Origin: a virus
Lineage: Duplodnaviria > Caudoviricetes
Length of the DNA: 50,611 nt
Reading direction: 5' to 3' (one strand)
Virus record (IMG/VR): IMGVR_UViG_3300036466_000252
Span: 1-50,611 of that record
Shown here in pieces: positions 1 through 7,794 of the stretch. Positions within the stretch are counted from its first letter, which is position 1, and every line of letters starts with the position of its first letter. The notes beneath the pieces were generated by a model. The model saw only the letters and a program-made list of their open reading frames with translations. It made no database searches and was not told where the DNA came from. The position numbers were made by a program, and so were the translations under genes.

Positions 1-12
1 GCTTCAATTACC
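1..12. repeat. 12-bp terminal direct repeat GCTTCAATTACC (copy 1), putative cos cohesive end
   Basis: Identical to 50600-50611. On the minus strand it reads AGGTACT-24 nt-GGTAATTGAAGC, resembling lambda cosQ (GGGTCCT) followed at similar spacing by the 12-nt cohesive end. The terminase is lambda gpA-type. Confidence 0.85.
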
Positions 13-36
13 CATCGGCAGGGGGTGGCTGTCCCA

Positions 37-43
37 AGTACCT
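37..43 (-). promoter_or_regulatory. cosQ-like packaging termination element (AGGTACT)
   Basis: 5/7 match to lambda cosQ GGGTCCT, 24 nt before the 12-nt end on the packaging strand. Confidence 0.55.
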
Positions 44-149
44 TCCCCGGGGGTGGGCCTGTGCGCCCGCTGACGCCACGTTCGCCCCCTATCCCCGGCC
101 TACGTACCGGATTGAGTATTGCGCCCCGTGTGCGCGCTTGTGCGCCGAT

Positions 150-815
150 CTAGCGTTGCGTGGTCAGTGCCTCCTCAAGCGCTGCCCTGAGCTGCTTGTC
201 CAGCTCCTTGCCTGCCACTGTGGCCGCCGTGCCCTTGAAGTCGTAGCGCTGCCGGTATTGCGGCGCACCCTGCACGAACAGGAAGGCGGGCTGCACCTTG
301 CTGCCCTTGCGCTGCCAGATACCCTCCTGCCCACCTGTGCCCGGTCGGCCTATGCGCCCAGCAAAGTAATCACCCCCCGGCCTTAGCCCGTCCACCACCT
401 TGGCCAGTGCAGCCCGGCTCACGTTGCCATGGCTATCCAGCCGCATACCGCTGGCAGGCACCGCATAGCTGCCAGCAGGCATCAGGCCGCGACCACGCAG
501 CATCCCTTCAGCAGCCTTGCCCCCACGCTTGGTGCCCTCCACTTGCGGCAGCAGGCGTTGTGCTGACTCGTCCCCGATGAAGACCACAGCGCTAGGCGTC
601 GGATCGCTTTTCTTGGCTGGCTGCACCCTGACGCTGTTGAGCGTCCACTTGGTCGGCCTGTCCAGTGACCGCTTCATGGTTTCCTGCTGCGCTTCCCGGA
701 TTTTCTGGGCGGTGCGTGTCAGCCCCAGCGCGGTGGCATACGGCGCTTGCTTGGCAGGCAGCTCGGACAGCTGCCCCATGACTTTGGCGATGTTGCTCTG
801 CACGTCGAATTTCAT
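150..815 (-). CDS. Putative gpZ/HK97-gp10-like tail completion protein, cos-proximal
   Basis: Basic 221-aa ORF with an 'ATALGLTRTAQKIREA...DRPTKWTLNS' N-terminus resembling proteins often found before cos in lambda-head prophages. No gpZ is evident in the tail cluster. Confidence 0.5.
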   Translation of the reverse strand: MKFDVQSNIAKVMGQLSELPAKQAPYATALGLTRTAQKIREAQQETMKRSLDRPTKWTLNSVRVQPAKKSDPTPSAVVFIGDESAQRLLPQVEGTKRGGKAAEGMLRGRGLMPAGSYAVPASGMRLDSHGNVSRAALAKVVDGLRPGGDYFAGRIGRPGTGGQEGIWQRKGSKVQPAFLFVQGAPQYRQRYDFKGTAATVAGKELDKQLRAALEEALTTQR

Positions 816-911
816 GTCCTACCCCTGTCGTGTGGTGTCCGGCCATTGTACTGCACCCGAGCGCCCCGATTATCCAGACGCCAGCAAGCTGTGGACGCCT
901 CCCCGAAATCC

Positions 912-1230
912 TGTTGGCGTCTCAAAGCCCCGTACCATGCGGGTTTCAGGCTAGGCGCAAGCGGACGATGGACGGCAGCCGCCTACGGTGAAAGTTGCCG
1001 TAAGTGACTGAAACCAAAGGACTTTCCCCTATAATAATAATAATAATGTATTGTATTGATATATATATAGACGTCGTATGGTTGGGACGTCTTATACAGG
1101 TTTCCTTGTCTACTAGGTTCCTTGTACCGTCTGTTTTTCTCCCTATGGGTCTTCTTTCTGAAAAATCTTGCTGACGCCCCCCTAAAATCGACCCGAAACC
1201 CAGCAACCATGCGGGCTTGAGACGCCAACA
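912..1230. other. Putative replication origin: AT-rich core flanked by ~36-bp imperfect inverted repeats
   Basis: TGTTGGCGTCTCAAAGCCC...GGGTTTC (912-947) is inverted as GAAACCC...GGGCTTGAGACGCCAACA (1195-1230). Between them lie ATA and TA runs at ~1030-1070 in an otherwise GC-rich, apparently non-coding stretch. Confidence 0.55.
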
Positions 1231-1311
1231 AGGGCCGCCACACTTTTTGCGGACAGCGTTGGCGCTTACAAGCCTGTCTGCCCTAAATTACAGGCATTCA
1301 TGCCGCAGGCG

Positions 1312-1341
1312 TTGCAAGGATGCACGGGCAAGAAGTACAAT
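1312..1341 (+). promoter_or_regulatory. sigma70-like promoter TTGCAA-18-TACAAT
   Basis: Hexamers lie 40 nt upstream of the 1382 ATG. Confidence 0.55.
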
Positions 1342-1381
1342 AGGCCAAGCAGCACACCACTCAATTGCATAGGGTTACATC

Positions 1382-2023
1382 ATGAGCGCACCGGCAATAG
1401 CACGATTGTATGAACGCCATATAAAAGGTCAGCAATCCTTCACTGTCGCGGCGCTGGCGGTCGTTTGCCAGTCCGTGGCGGACCCATCCAGCAAGATGAC
1501 CGGCCCTCGCGTCTGTGCCCTGCTGGATTGCAGCAAGCAGACGGCATATTCCCACCTGCAGCGGCTGGCCAGCATGGGCCTCATTGTGGATGGCTGGGCG
1601 ACGGATAAGGCCCGGGAGATGCTGGCGGACGATGGCGCTGAAGTGGTGTCCAGTTGGGAAAGCGGTGGTGACACCTACACGGTGACGCGCATCCGGTCAG
1701 GTGCTGCGCCTGTCGCTGGTAACGTGGAGGCCAAGCCGGTTGCCCCGTCCACCGTGGTGCCCATGCCGCGACCGCCTGCCCCTGTCGTGCCGGTCATTAC
1801 CCCGGAGCCGGAAGGCAAGCACGGCCAGTACGCGCGGGAAGAGGACAAGTGGGCTAAGCCGGGCATGTATAGCGGCGACGATGAGCCGGGCGAGCTGCTC
1901 TGGTGGGTCGATGGCGTGGAAGCCTATGTCGTGCGCCGGGCGGACTGGCCGACACTTGAGGCGGGTGCACGCAGCCCTGACAGCATCGAAGACCAGCTGC
2001 GCGAAGATGGGAGGATTGATTGA
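1382..2023 (+). CDS. Winged-HTH domain protein (N-terminal wHTH, Pro-rich linker)
   Basis: 'GPRVCALLDCSKQTAYSHLQRLASMGLI' HTH pattern; coupled to the next ORF. Confidence 0.7.
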   Translation: MSAPAIARLYERHIKGQQSFTVAALAVVCQSVADPSSKMTGPRVCALLDCSKQTAYSHLQRLASMGLIVDGWATDKAREMLADDGAEVVSSWESGGDTYTVTRIRSGAAPVAGNVEAKPVAPSTVVPMPRPPAPVVPVITPEPEGKHGQYAREEDKWAKPGMYSGDDEPGELLWWVDGVEAYVVRRADWPTLEAGARSPDSIEDQLREDGRID

Positions 2024-2805
2024 TGGTCGCCAATGTCTACCACAGCGCCCTTGAGGACGTTGCGGGCCGTATGGGCTACCCGGCTTGCGAAAAAGGCACC
2101 TTGACCAAGCTGGACCGGCACCTCAAGGCGGTTGGCCTGCGGCGTGAAGCTGGCGGTCGCTATTTCGACTGCACCCGGCTAAGGGCGGAGGTAGCCGCTT
2201 TCATGAGCGGCGAGGGGGTAGATGTTGACCCGCTGCGGGCTGACCCGGCGCACCCTTGCCCGCCTTCGATTGACAATGGCAGTGCCCGCCAGTCGTTGGC
2301 AGTGTTCGGCCAGCGGCTTGGCTATACCCGGGATTACTTGCGGTGCCATGGCCGCGAGATACAGGCATTGGGCTACATCGCGAAGGTGCTCCGGATTGCA
2401 GGTATTGAGCCGGCCGTGGTCAAGTACAGCGGTCGCAATCTTTACGACCATTGCCCGGCCGTAGACGATGCCATCCGCACGGCCATGGACCATCTGGCCG
2501 TGCCCCGTCCGCCAGCACCGCAGGAGCCGCTCGAGCAGCCAGCAGCTGACCTGCTGGACCCGCTGGACCCGGCCCGCATGTACCGCCTGCTGGTGCGGCT
2601 GGGCAACGAAAAGCTCCCGGCGTCAAGCGTCATGCTGCTGTGCCATATGGCCGCCAATCCGGGCGAGCATTACAGCACCGTCAAGGCGGGCGAAGTATTG
2701 GGCAGCACGCAGGCGACCGGCAGCAAGGCGCTCAAGGCGTTGCGGGTTGCCGGGTACGCTTATGACAGCAAGGTGACGGCCAAGGGCTTGGCGCTGTTCA
2801 CGTAG
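2020..2805 (+). CDS. Protein with C-terminal winged-HTH, paralogous to the N-terminus of 1382..2023
   Basis: 'TVKAGEVLGSTQATGSKALKALRVAGY' HTH pattern; start overlaps the upstream stop; followed by a terminator. Confidence 0.7.
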   Translation: MMVANVYHSALEDVAGRMGYPACEKGTLTKLDRHLKAVGLRREAGGRYFDCTRLRAEVAAFMSGEGVDVDPLRADPAHPCPPSIDNGSARQSLAVFGQRLGYTRDYLRCHGREIQALGYIAKVLRIAGIEPAVVKYSGRNLYDHCPAVDDAIRTAMDHLAVPRPPAPQEPLEQPAADLLDPLDPARMYRLLVRLGNEKLPASSVMLLCHMAANPGEHYSTVKAGEVLGSTQATGSKALKALRVAGYAYDSKVTAKGLALFT

Positions 2806-2828
2806 CCCGCCACCACGTAGCAGGACTG

Positions 2829-2854
2829 GCCCCGGCATTGCGCTGGGGCTTTTT
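2829..2854 (+). terminator. Intrinsic terminator
   Basis: GCCCCGGC-ATTGC-GCTGGGGC stem followed by TTTTT. Confidence 0.8.
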
Positions 2855-2874
2855 GTTGGGCGTATGGCAGGCGC

Positions 2875-2899
2875 AAAAAAGCCCGCGCGGGGCGGGCTT
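2875..2899 (-). terminator. Intrinsic terminator 3' of the tRNA
   Basis: Minus strand AAGCCCGC...GCGGGC followed by TTTTTT. Confidence 0.8.
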
Positions 2900-2906
2900 G
2901 GGTATC

Positions 2907-2993
2907 TGGTGGGCCGGACTGGATTCGAACCAGCGATGGGGTTTCCCCGGGCGGTTATGAGCCGCATGCACTCGACCGCTATGCGACCGGCCC
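2907..2993 (-). tRNA. tRNA with CAU anticodon (Ile2 or Met identity), long variable arm, encoded CCA
   Basis: Minus strand folds as acceptor GGGCCGG/CCGGCCC, A73, CCA; D stem GCAT/GTGC; anticodon arm GCGG-CTCATAA-CCGC; variable hairpin GGGG-AAA-CCCC; T arm GCTGG-TTCGAAT-CCAGT. Confidence 0.92.
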
Positions 2994-3002
2994 CGACGAC
3001 GC

Positions 3003-3029
3003 AAAAAAGCCGCCCCATGACAGGGCGGC
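3003..3029 (-). terminator. Intrinsic terminator immediately upstream of the tRNA
   Basis: Minus strand GCCGCCC-TGTCATG-GGGCGGC followed by TTTTTT. Confidence 0.7.
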
Positions 3030-3066
3030 CAGTGACAATGCCTCCAATGACAGGGCAGATTGTGCC

Positions 3067-3402
3067 TCAGCCTGCAGCGTCCTTGCAATCTGTTTTCGCG
3101 CCGCCCCGCTTTTCGGTAATTGACTGGACGGTATCGCCCATGATCCGCCCGATTGTGCGGCGGGCGTCCTCGCTGCCACTTGCCGCGCATTCCAGCAGAA
3201 ACGACATTTCAGATATTCCGCTGCCCGGCGTTATCACCCGGCTTACACTCGAGAAGCTGGCGGTGGTGTAGAACAGGGCGAAGTGGTCGCCGTGTTCCGG
3301 GTGCTTGCTAGGGATCATGGCGACGGAAAAGCCGTCACAGTCAAACATGGCCCCGGCGTCGGTTATGGTGGCGCGGTCAGCGATAAGGCTATGGATGCTC
3401 AT
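3067..3402 (-). CDS. Hypothetical protein
   Basis: ATGA overlap with the upstream ORF; part of a minus-strand gene run. Confidence 0.7.
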   Translation of the reverse strand: MSIHSLIADRATITDAGAMFDCDGFSVAMIPSKHPEHGDHFALFYTTASFSSVSRVITPGSGISEMSFLLECAASGSEDARRTIGRIMGDTVQSITEKRGGAKTDCKDAAG

Positions 3403-3689
3403 TGGGCGCGGTCCTTGTTCGGTAAGGTGTAATTGCCATCACTACGCGGGCGCAGGTGCGTCATTGCCGCCAGCAGGCTTTCCGGGAAGGTTACGCTAAG
3501 GCTGCCAGCCGTCACGCATTCCCGCATATCGACGCCGTAAAGGTCCGCCAGCTTCCGGGCGCTGAAATAATGCCACTGCCCATCATTGGCGCTGATCAGG
3601 TGGCCCGGGTGCAGGACATACAGCGGCCACGGTCCGAACTCGTCATGCACCGTGACTACCGGGAAGCGGTTTTTGCGGTGGTCATCCAT
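3399..3689 (-). CDS. Hypothetical protein (start MDDHRK)
   Basis: Start overlaps the stop of 3682..4122 with a purine-rich RBS. Confidence 0.65.
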   Translation of the reverse strand: MDDHRKNRFPVVTVHDEFGPWPLYVLHPGHLISANDGQWHYFSARKLADLYGVDMRECVTAGSLSVTFPESLLAAMTHLRPRSDGNYTLPNKDRAQ

Positions 3690-4122
3690 GGCCGTTTCCC
3701 CCTGCCAGTTCGTCGGGCACGTCCACGGTGCCGCCCATGCTGGCGAAGACCAGCGCACGCATCGCGGCCTCTAGTGGCGTGGCACCCCGCCACCAGCCTT
3801 TCGACGAGGCGGCGGTCGCCTCCCAGCCGCTTGGCGTGCTTTCCAGCGCAATGCGGTGTTGCGTGATAAGCGGCCCGCCCTGCGACCATAGCGACGATGG
3901 CGAATATGGATCAATGCCAGCGCTTTTCAGGCGCAACCGCTTAATGATGCTCGTACCCCTTGACAGGAAGACGCACGGCTCAGTCTTTCCTTCCTCGACC
4001 TCGCCCACGCCCATCATCACGCCATCGACTATGCGCCATGCCAGCCCCTTGCAGTTCCTATCAGCCTGCGCCGCAGCCCAATCCAGCGCCGGACCTGTCA
4101 GCTGTATGATGTCCCGTTTCAT
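3682..4122 (-). CDS. NinX/DUF2591-family phage protein
   Basis: Motifs LTGPALDWAAAQA, YSPSSLWSQGGPLI and GATPLEAAMRA. Confidence 0.8.
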   Translation of the reverse strand: MKRDIIQLTGPALDWAAAQADRNCKGLAWRIVDGVMMGVGEVEEGKTEPCVFLSRGTSIIKRLRLKSAGIDPYSPSSLWSQGGPLITQHRIALESTPSGWEATAASSKGWWRGATPLEAAMRALVFASMGGTVDVPDELAGGNGHG

Positions 4123-4598
4123 GCCCCACCCCCGTGTGTCTTGCAGAAACTACATTCAGCCTCGGTCGCCAGTCGCACGCACAGGCACCTATCGCACGAC
4201 ACTACATCCGGCCCGGATTCGTCCTGCAGCTGGCGGATTGCCGTCACCACGTCCGCCAGCTTGTCGGTGCCGACCAGCTCGCGCATCGCCGCTTCCCAAG
4301 CCAGCGTTTCCTCCTTGGCCTGACGGGCCTCGCGGCGGTACTTGGCAATCAGGCTGCCCGGCCCCCGGCTGGTGTCCTGCACGCCTGACGGTGGCAGCAT
4401 CTGCCCGCAGCAGCTGCACGCGGCCCGGGCGTGGTTGATGGTCCGGCACGATGGGCACTTGACGCCCGGCACTTCCTTGAAGTCTTTGACCGCACCCACG
4501 CCGCAGTTCGGGCAGGTGCAGTGATACATGGCGTGGCGGACGCCCGGCCCGATCAGGTAGGCGCAGGCAGTGCATTCATACTTCACGTATTCACTCAT
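4119..4598 (-). CDS. Multi-zinc-ribbon protein
   Basis: Six CxxC pairs (CTAC, CPNC, CPSC, CSCC, CDRC, CSFC); start MSEYVK. Confidence 0.7.
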   Translation of the reverse strand: MSEYVKYECTACAYLIGPGVRHAMYHCTCPNCGVGAVKDFKEVPGVKCPSCRTINHARAACSCCGQMLPPSGVQDTSRGPGSLIAKYRREARQAKEETLAWEAAMRELVGTDKLADVVTAIRQLQDESGPDVVSCDRCLCVRLATEAECSFCKTHGGGA

Positions 4599-4743
4599 GG
4601 TCGTCTCGCTCGTTGGTGTATTGGTCGTCTTCCATCGCGTCATCAGCATTGCGGGCCGCCAGCACCGCGACCCATATCAGGGCCACTATGCCCACTGGGG
4701 GTGAAGTCCACAGCAGGCATATCAGCGTAGCGAGCAGCAGCAT
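4591..4743 (-). CDS. 50-aa small membrane protein (not in the ORF track)
   Basis: MLLLATLICLLWTSPPVGIVALIWVAVLAARNADDAMEDDQYTNERDDHE; TAATG coupling upstream and an overlap with the next start. Confidence 0.65.
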   Translation of the reverse strand: MLLLATLICLLWTSPPVGIVALIWVAVLAARNADDAMEDDQYTNERDDHE

Positions 4744-4991
4744 TACAGGGCGATGGCTTGGGCTGCGTGGCGGAGGAAGTGCTGCACGTTGCCAGCCTTG
4801 AAGTCTATCTGCACCAACGTGCGCTTGATGGCCTCTTGGTCGGCCGGGCTGGCCTGATGTTTCATGGCCTCGACTACATGCCCGTAGGTCATGTGGTTGG
4901 TGCCGCTGCGGCCTTCCACGGTCAGGGGCGCTTCAAGGTCGACACCCTTTTCCGCCATGAAAGTGTCAATCCACTGTTTGAAGTTGGTCAT
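4743..4991 (-). CDS. Hypothetical phage protein
   Basis: 82 aa, tightly packed in the operon, RBS GGAG. Confidence 0.75.
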   Translation of the reverse strand: MTNFKQWIDTFMAEKGVDLEAPLTVEGRSGTNHMTYGHVVEAMKHQASPADQEAIKRTLVQIDFKAGNVQHFLRHAAQAIAL

Positions 4992-4993
4992 GG

Positions 4994-5200
4994 TTACATG
5001 TCTCCGAATTGGTCGAGGTAGTCTTCAAGCTCGCTGGCGCACATCACCGGCTGCGGCTGGCTCCCTGCATCGTCGGTCAGCCAGTACGGGGCGGCGCTGT
5101 AGCCGTCACCCATGCTGCCGGCTGATTGCAGGTAGATGCTGTTGCCGACTTCCACCTTGCCTTCACGCGCTGCGCGGACGAGGGTGCTCACTGCTGCCAT
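4994..5200 (-). CDS. Hypothetical protein, first gene after cassette promoter A (start MAAVST)
   Basis: GGAG RBS upstream; lies downstream of the promoter at 5253-5284. Confidence 0.65.
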   Translation of the reverse strand: MAAVSTLVRAAREGKVEVGNSIYLQSAGSMGDGYSAAPYWLTDDAGSQPQPVMCASELEDYLDQFGDM

Positions 5201-5250
5201 GGTGCTGCTCCGGTAATGGCGGGCGGGCCGCATGCCCTGCCCCATGTCGT

Positions 5251-5331
5251 TTACTATACCCGCATCATTACCAGTTGTGTAATACCAATAAGTAATAAAA
5301 AGCCCCACCGGTTAGGGCGGGGCGTTATAAG
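5251..5331 (-). repeat. Terminator-operator-promoter cassette, copy A
   Basis: Minus strand TATAAC-hairpin-TTTTTATT...GGTATTACACAACTGGTAATG...GGTATAGT; homologous to 6901-6983, 12195-12277 and 22695-22775. Confidence 0.85.
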
Positions 5332-5348
5332 CGGTTACGCTGGCCGTA

Positions 5349-5513
5349 TTACCTTATGCGCTTGTTGCGCCCGCCAGACGTCTGGCATCGCTTGCAGCGC
5401 TCAAGGACTATGTGCCGCCCCGTTGACGGGTCGAAATACTTCATCTCGCCTTCGCCCCGCCAGTCGCTGCACCCATGGCACCAGTGCAGCCCGTTTCCCC
5501 GTCTATCACTCAT
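5349..5513 (-). CDS. Small Zn-finger-like protein (start MSDRRG)
   Basis: CHGC...CKRC; start overlaps the stop of 5506..5907. Confidence 0.6.
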   Translation of the reverse strand: MSDRRGNGLHWCHGCSDWRGEGEMKYFDPSTGRHIVLERCKRCQTSGGRNKRIR

Positions 5514-5907
5514 TTCCGCTTCCCTTGTGCTGCGCTCGTTTCTGTCGTCTTTTGCCGCCCTGCGCCCACTGGTCGCGCAGCCCCTGCCGCTCGATGGATC
5601 GCCCGCACCATGACGGTGACACCTTGAAGCCCATCTCATGGGACAGTGCCCCGGCAGTCTCCCGCAGGCTCATATCGGCCGCCACGCATTGTGCCACCTT
5701 GGCATCGGCCTTGGCGCGCGTGTCCTTGGTTATGCGCCCCTCGCTGCTCAGGCCCATGGAGCTGGCCTTGCTGCGCACCCCGTCTTCCGTCCGCTCGAGG
5801 GCTGTAGCAATCTTGGCCAGCGTCCAACCTTTCTGGCGGTGGGTGGCCAGCAAGAATGCCTCGTCTGTCTGGTCCCACCGCACGTATTTGCAATTCGGCT
5901 TGGCCAT
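5506..5907 (-). CDS. HTH/Myb-like DNA-binding protein
   Basis: 'WDQTDEAFL...WTLAKIATALERTEDGVRSKA' plus a second HTH-like segment. Confidence 0.7.
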   Translation of the reverse strand: MAKPNCKYVRWDQTDEAFLLATHRQKGWTLAKIATALERTEDGVRSKASSMGLSSEGRITKDTRAKADAKVAQCVAADMSLRETAGALSHEMGFKVSPSWCGRSIERQGLRDQWAQGGKRRQKRAQHKGSGNE

Positions 5908-6287
5908 CAGACCGGCTCCACATCAAGGCCGGCAAAGCGGCGGTGCAGGTCATCCATCTGCTCGCGTGACAGGCTGCCAAGGTTGCGGTGCAGGCCGCGG
6001 ATGGTATTGCGCACCTTGGCATCCTTCTTCTGCTGGGCGTACTGCTCGGCAAGCTCGGCGGTGTGCGGGTGGATGCTTGGCGGGTGGAAGGTAGACGCGC
6101 CGCGCAATAGCCCGGTGCTGCGCATGTAGGCATCACCGTTCTCGATAATGATCTGCGTGGCCGTCACGCGCTTGATGGTGGTGCTGGTCAGCGAGACGCT
6201 CGCCATGCCCACGCGCTTGATGAAGACCCGCTCGCCTGCCTGTACTTCCTTGCGCCATTCGCGCTCTTGTTCCGGTGTCATGTACAT
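5907..6287 (-). CDS. Hypothetical protein
   Basis: AGGAG RBS; TGATG coupling to the next gene. Confidence 0.75.
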   Translation of the reverse strand: MYMTPEQEREWRKEVQAGERVFIKRVGMASVSLTSTTIKRVTATQIIIENGDAYMRSTGLLRGASTFHPPSIHPHTAELAEQYAQQKKDAKVRNTIRGLHRNLGSLSREQMDDLHRRFAGLDVEPV

Positions 6288-6333
6288 ATCTCCTGTCGGG
6301 GCAGGCCGCCCGGTGGCGGCCCGTGGTGTTGGT

Positions 6334-6558
6334 TTACTGGCTGCGGCGCTGCTGGTGGTCCTGCTTGATTGCCCGGGCCTGTTCGACCCACTGCTCTAGG
6401 GTCAGGTCGCCAAGGCGCGGGACGAAAACGCTGGCAGTATCGGCGCTTTCAGTGTCAGGCCCGATGAAGTAGATGTAGCCGTCGCCCTTGACCGCCTCGG
6501 CCTTAATTCCGGCCGCCTGCACTGCCTTGGTGATCGCCTTGCACGTCAATTTTGCCAT
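6334..6558 (-). CDS. Hypothetical protein (start MAKLTC)
   Basis: GGGAG RBS after an intergenic hairpin. Confidence 0.7.
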   Translation of the reverse strand: MAKLTCKAITKAVQAAGIKAEAVKGDGYIYFIGPDTESADTASVFVPRLGDLTLEQWVEQARAIKQDHQQRRSQ

Positions 6559-6601
6559 GCTGCTGCTCCCGGTGGCCCCGGCTTCCCGGGGCGTTGTTGG
6601 T

Positions 6602-6871
6602 TTACTGGTCGGCCAGCTTGCCGGCTGCTTCATAGGCGCGGGCAAAAGCCATGCGGCGGGCTTGCGCGGTGCGCCAGACTTCAGCGCGGGCATGCTGGCC
6701 TTGGCCAGCGGCCAATTCTGCACGGGTGCGGGCGGTGTTGGCGTCCACGCGCCAATTGTGGGCGGTGCGCTCGCATTCCTTCTTGTCCATCTGGGCGGCC
6801 TTGCACTCAGCCATCACGGCCTCGGCAATCTGGTCAAGCGGCTTGCCGAAGGTGGTATCGGTCGGGGTCAT
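6602..6871 (-). CDS. Hypothetical protein (start MTPTDT), first gene after cassette promoter B
   Basis: GAGGA RBS; downstream of the promoter at 6905-6936. Confidence 0.65.
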   Translation of the reverse strand: MTPTDTTFGKPLDQIAEAVMAECKAAQMDKKECERTAHNWRVDANTARTRAELAAGQGQHARAEVWRTAQARRMAFARAYEAAGKLADQ

Positions 6872-6900
6872 TGCGGCGGTCCTCATGTCCTTGGGTGTGG

Positions 6901-6983
6901 TGTAACTATACCCCGGACATTGCATGATGTGTAATACCGAATGGCAATAAAAAGCCCGACCGTTAGGCCGGGCAGTTATTAGC
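6901..6983 (-). repeat. Terminator-operator-promoter cassette, copy B
   Basis: Hairpin GCCCGGCC/GGTCGGGC plus T-tract, operator 6918-6936, -10 TATAGT at 6905-6910. Confidence 0.85.
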
Positions 6984-7003
6984 GGCTGGCGGCTGGGCGT
7001 CTA

Positions 7004-7783
7004 TCAGCGGCCGGCACGCTCCATAAGCATGGCTTCCACCTGCGCCATTTCCGGGTCAGTCAGGTTCTTGCTGAACGCCACTGCAGCAGCGATGCCGCAA
7101 TCGGGCCGGACTATGGCGCTTGCGCCGTCAGGATTCAGTATTCCGAAGCCAAGGCCGTTGACGACTTCCCGGTCTGATAGGTCGTATTCAAGCGCGACAT
7201 ACTCGGCACCATTGACCCGGAAGACCACCCGGTTATTGATCTTATCGATGTTGACGATAAGGACGTTCAGTGAGCCGGCGTCCAGCTTTGGCCCGACATA
7301 CGCGGAGGCGTTCCCTGTCGTCACGCCAGCGAAGACAAGCTGAAGCCCGTCTTCTGAGCCTGTCGGACCGTTACTCATGTACCATGCGCGCTGGGCTGAC
7401 TCCGTGTTGGTGTTCGCTTCGAAAGAACCGAATGACACACCTTGAGTGCAGACAATGCCGACAGTGATGGAGCCTGACGCATCGAACCCCGGAATGGTCA
7501 GCGCAGCCGCTGGCGTGGTGGGCATGTAGATCAGGTTCCCATCAGGCCCGGGCGACATGTGGTCGCTGACTTTCTCGGCACCATACAGCAGGTATTCTTC
7601 GTCAGAAATGCGGTCTAAAAACCGGTCATCTGACGCCTGCATATCCCACTCCTCGACGCCCGGCCACGCGGCAAGGCTGTCAATGTTGGCCACCGCGATT
7701 TCGTTTGAGGTGACGTCTAGCGTCGGATACCCGGCGATTGACTCAGACCCCGGGAAAAAGATGCCTTTACGTACTGCTTCCAT
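7004..7783 (-). CDS. Beta-rich (LamG/ConA-like?) protein accompanying the tailspike
   Basis: Acidic and beta-strand-rich, ending 'AAAVAFSKNLTDPEMAQV' as LamG-like domains do; directly downstream of the esterase spike. Confidence 0.5.
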   Translation of the reverse strand: MEAVRKGIFFPGSESIAGYPTLDVTSNEIAVANIDSLAAWPGVEEWDMQASDDRFLDRISDEEYLLYGAEKVSDHMSPGPDGNLIYMPTTPAAALTIPGFDASGSITVGIVCTQGVSFGSFEANTNTESAQRAWYMSNGPTGSEDGLQLVFAGVTTGNASAYVGPKLDAGSLNVLIVNIDKINNRVVFRVNGAEYVALEYDLSDREVVNGLGFGILNPDGASAIVRPDCGIAAAVAFSKNLTDPEMAQVEAMLMERAGR

Positions 7784-7794
7784 GGTGTTGCCCC

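Noticed and set aside
946-1243. ORFs 946..1206 and 983..1243 with poly-Ile or poly-Tyr runs
   Set aside because: They are translations of the ATA/TA low-complexity core of the putative origin.
2907-2993. The tRNA as an attP or prophage-boundary remnant
   Set aside because: It is full length with its own terminator, I saw no duplicated 3' fragment, and no integrase is present.
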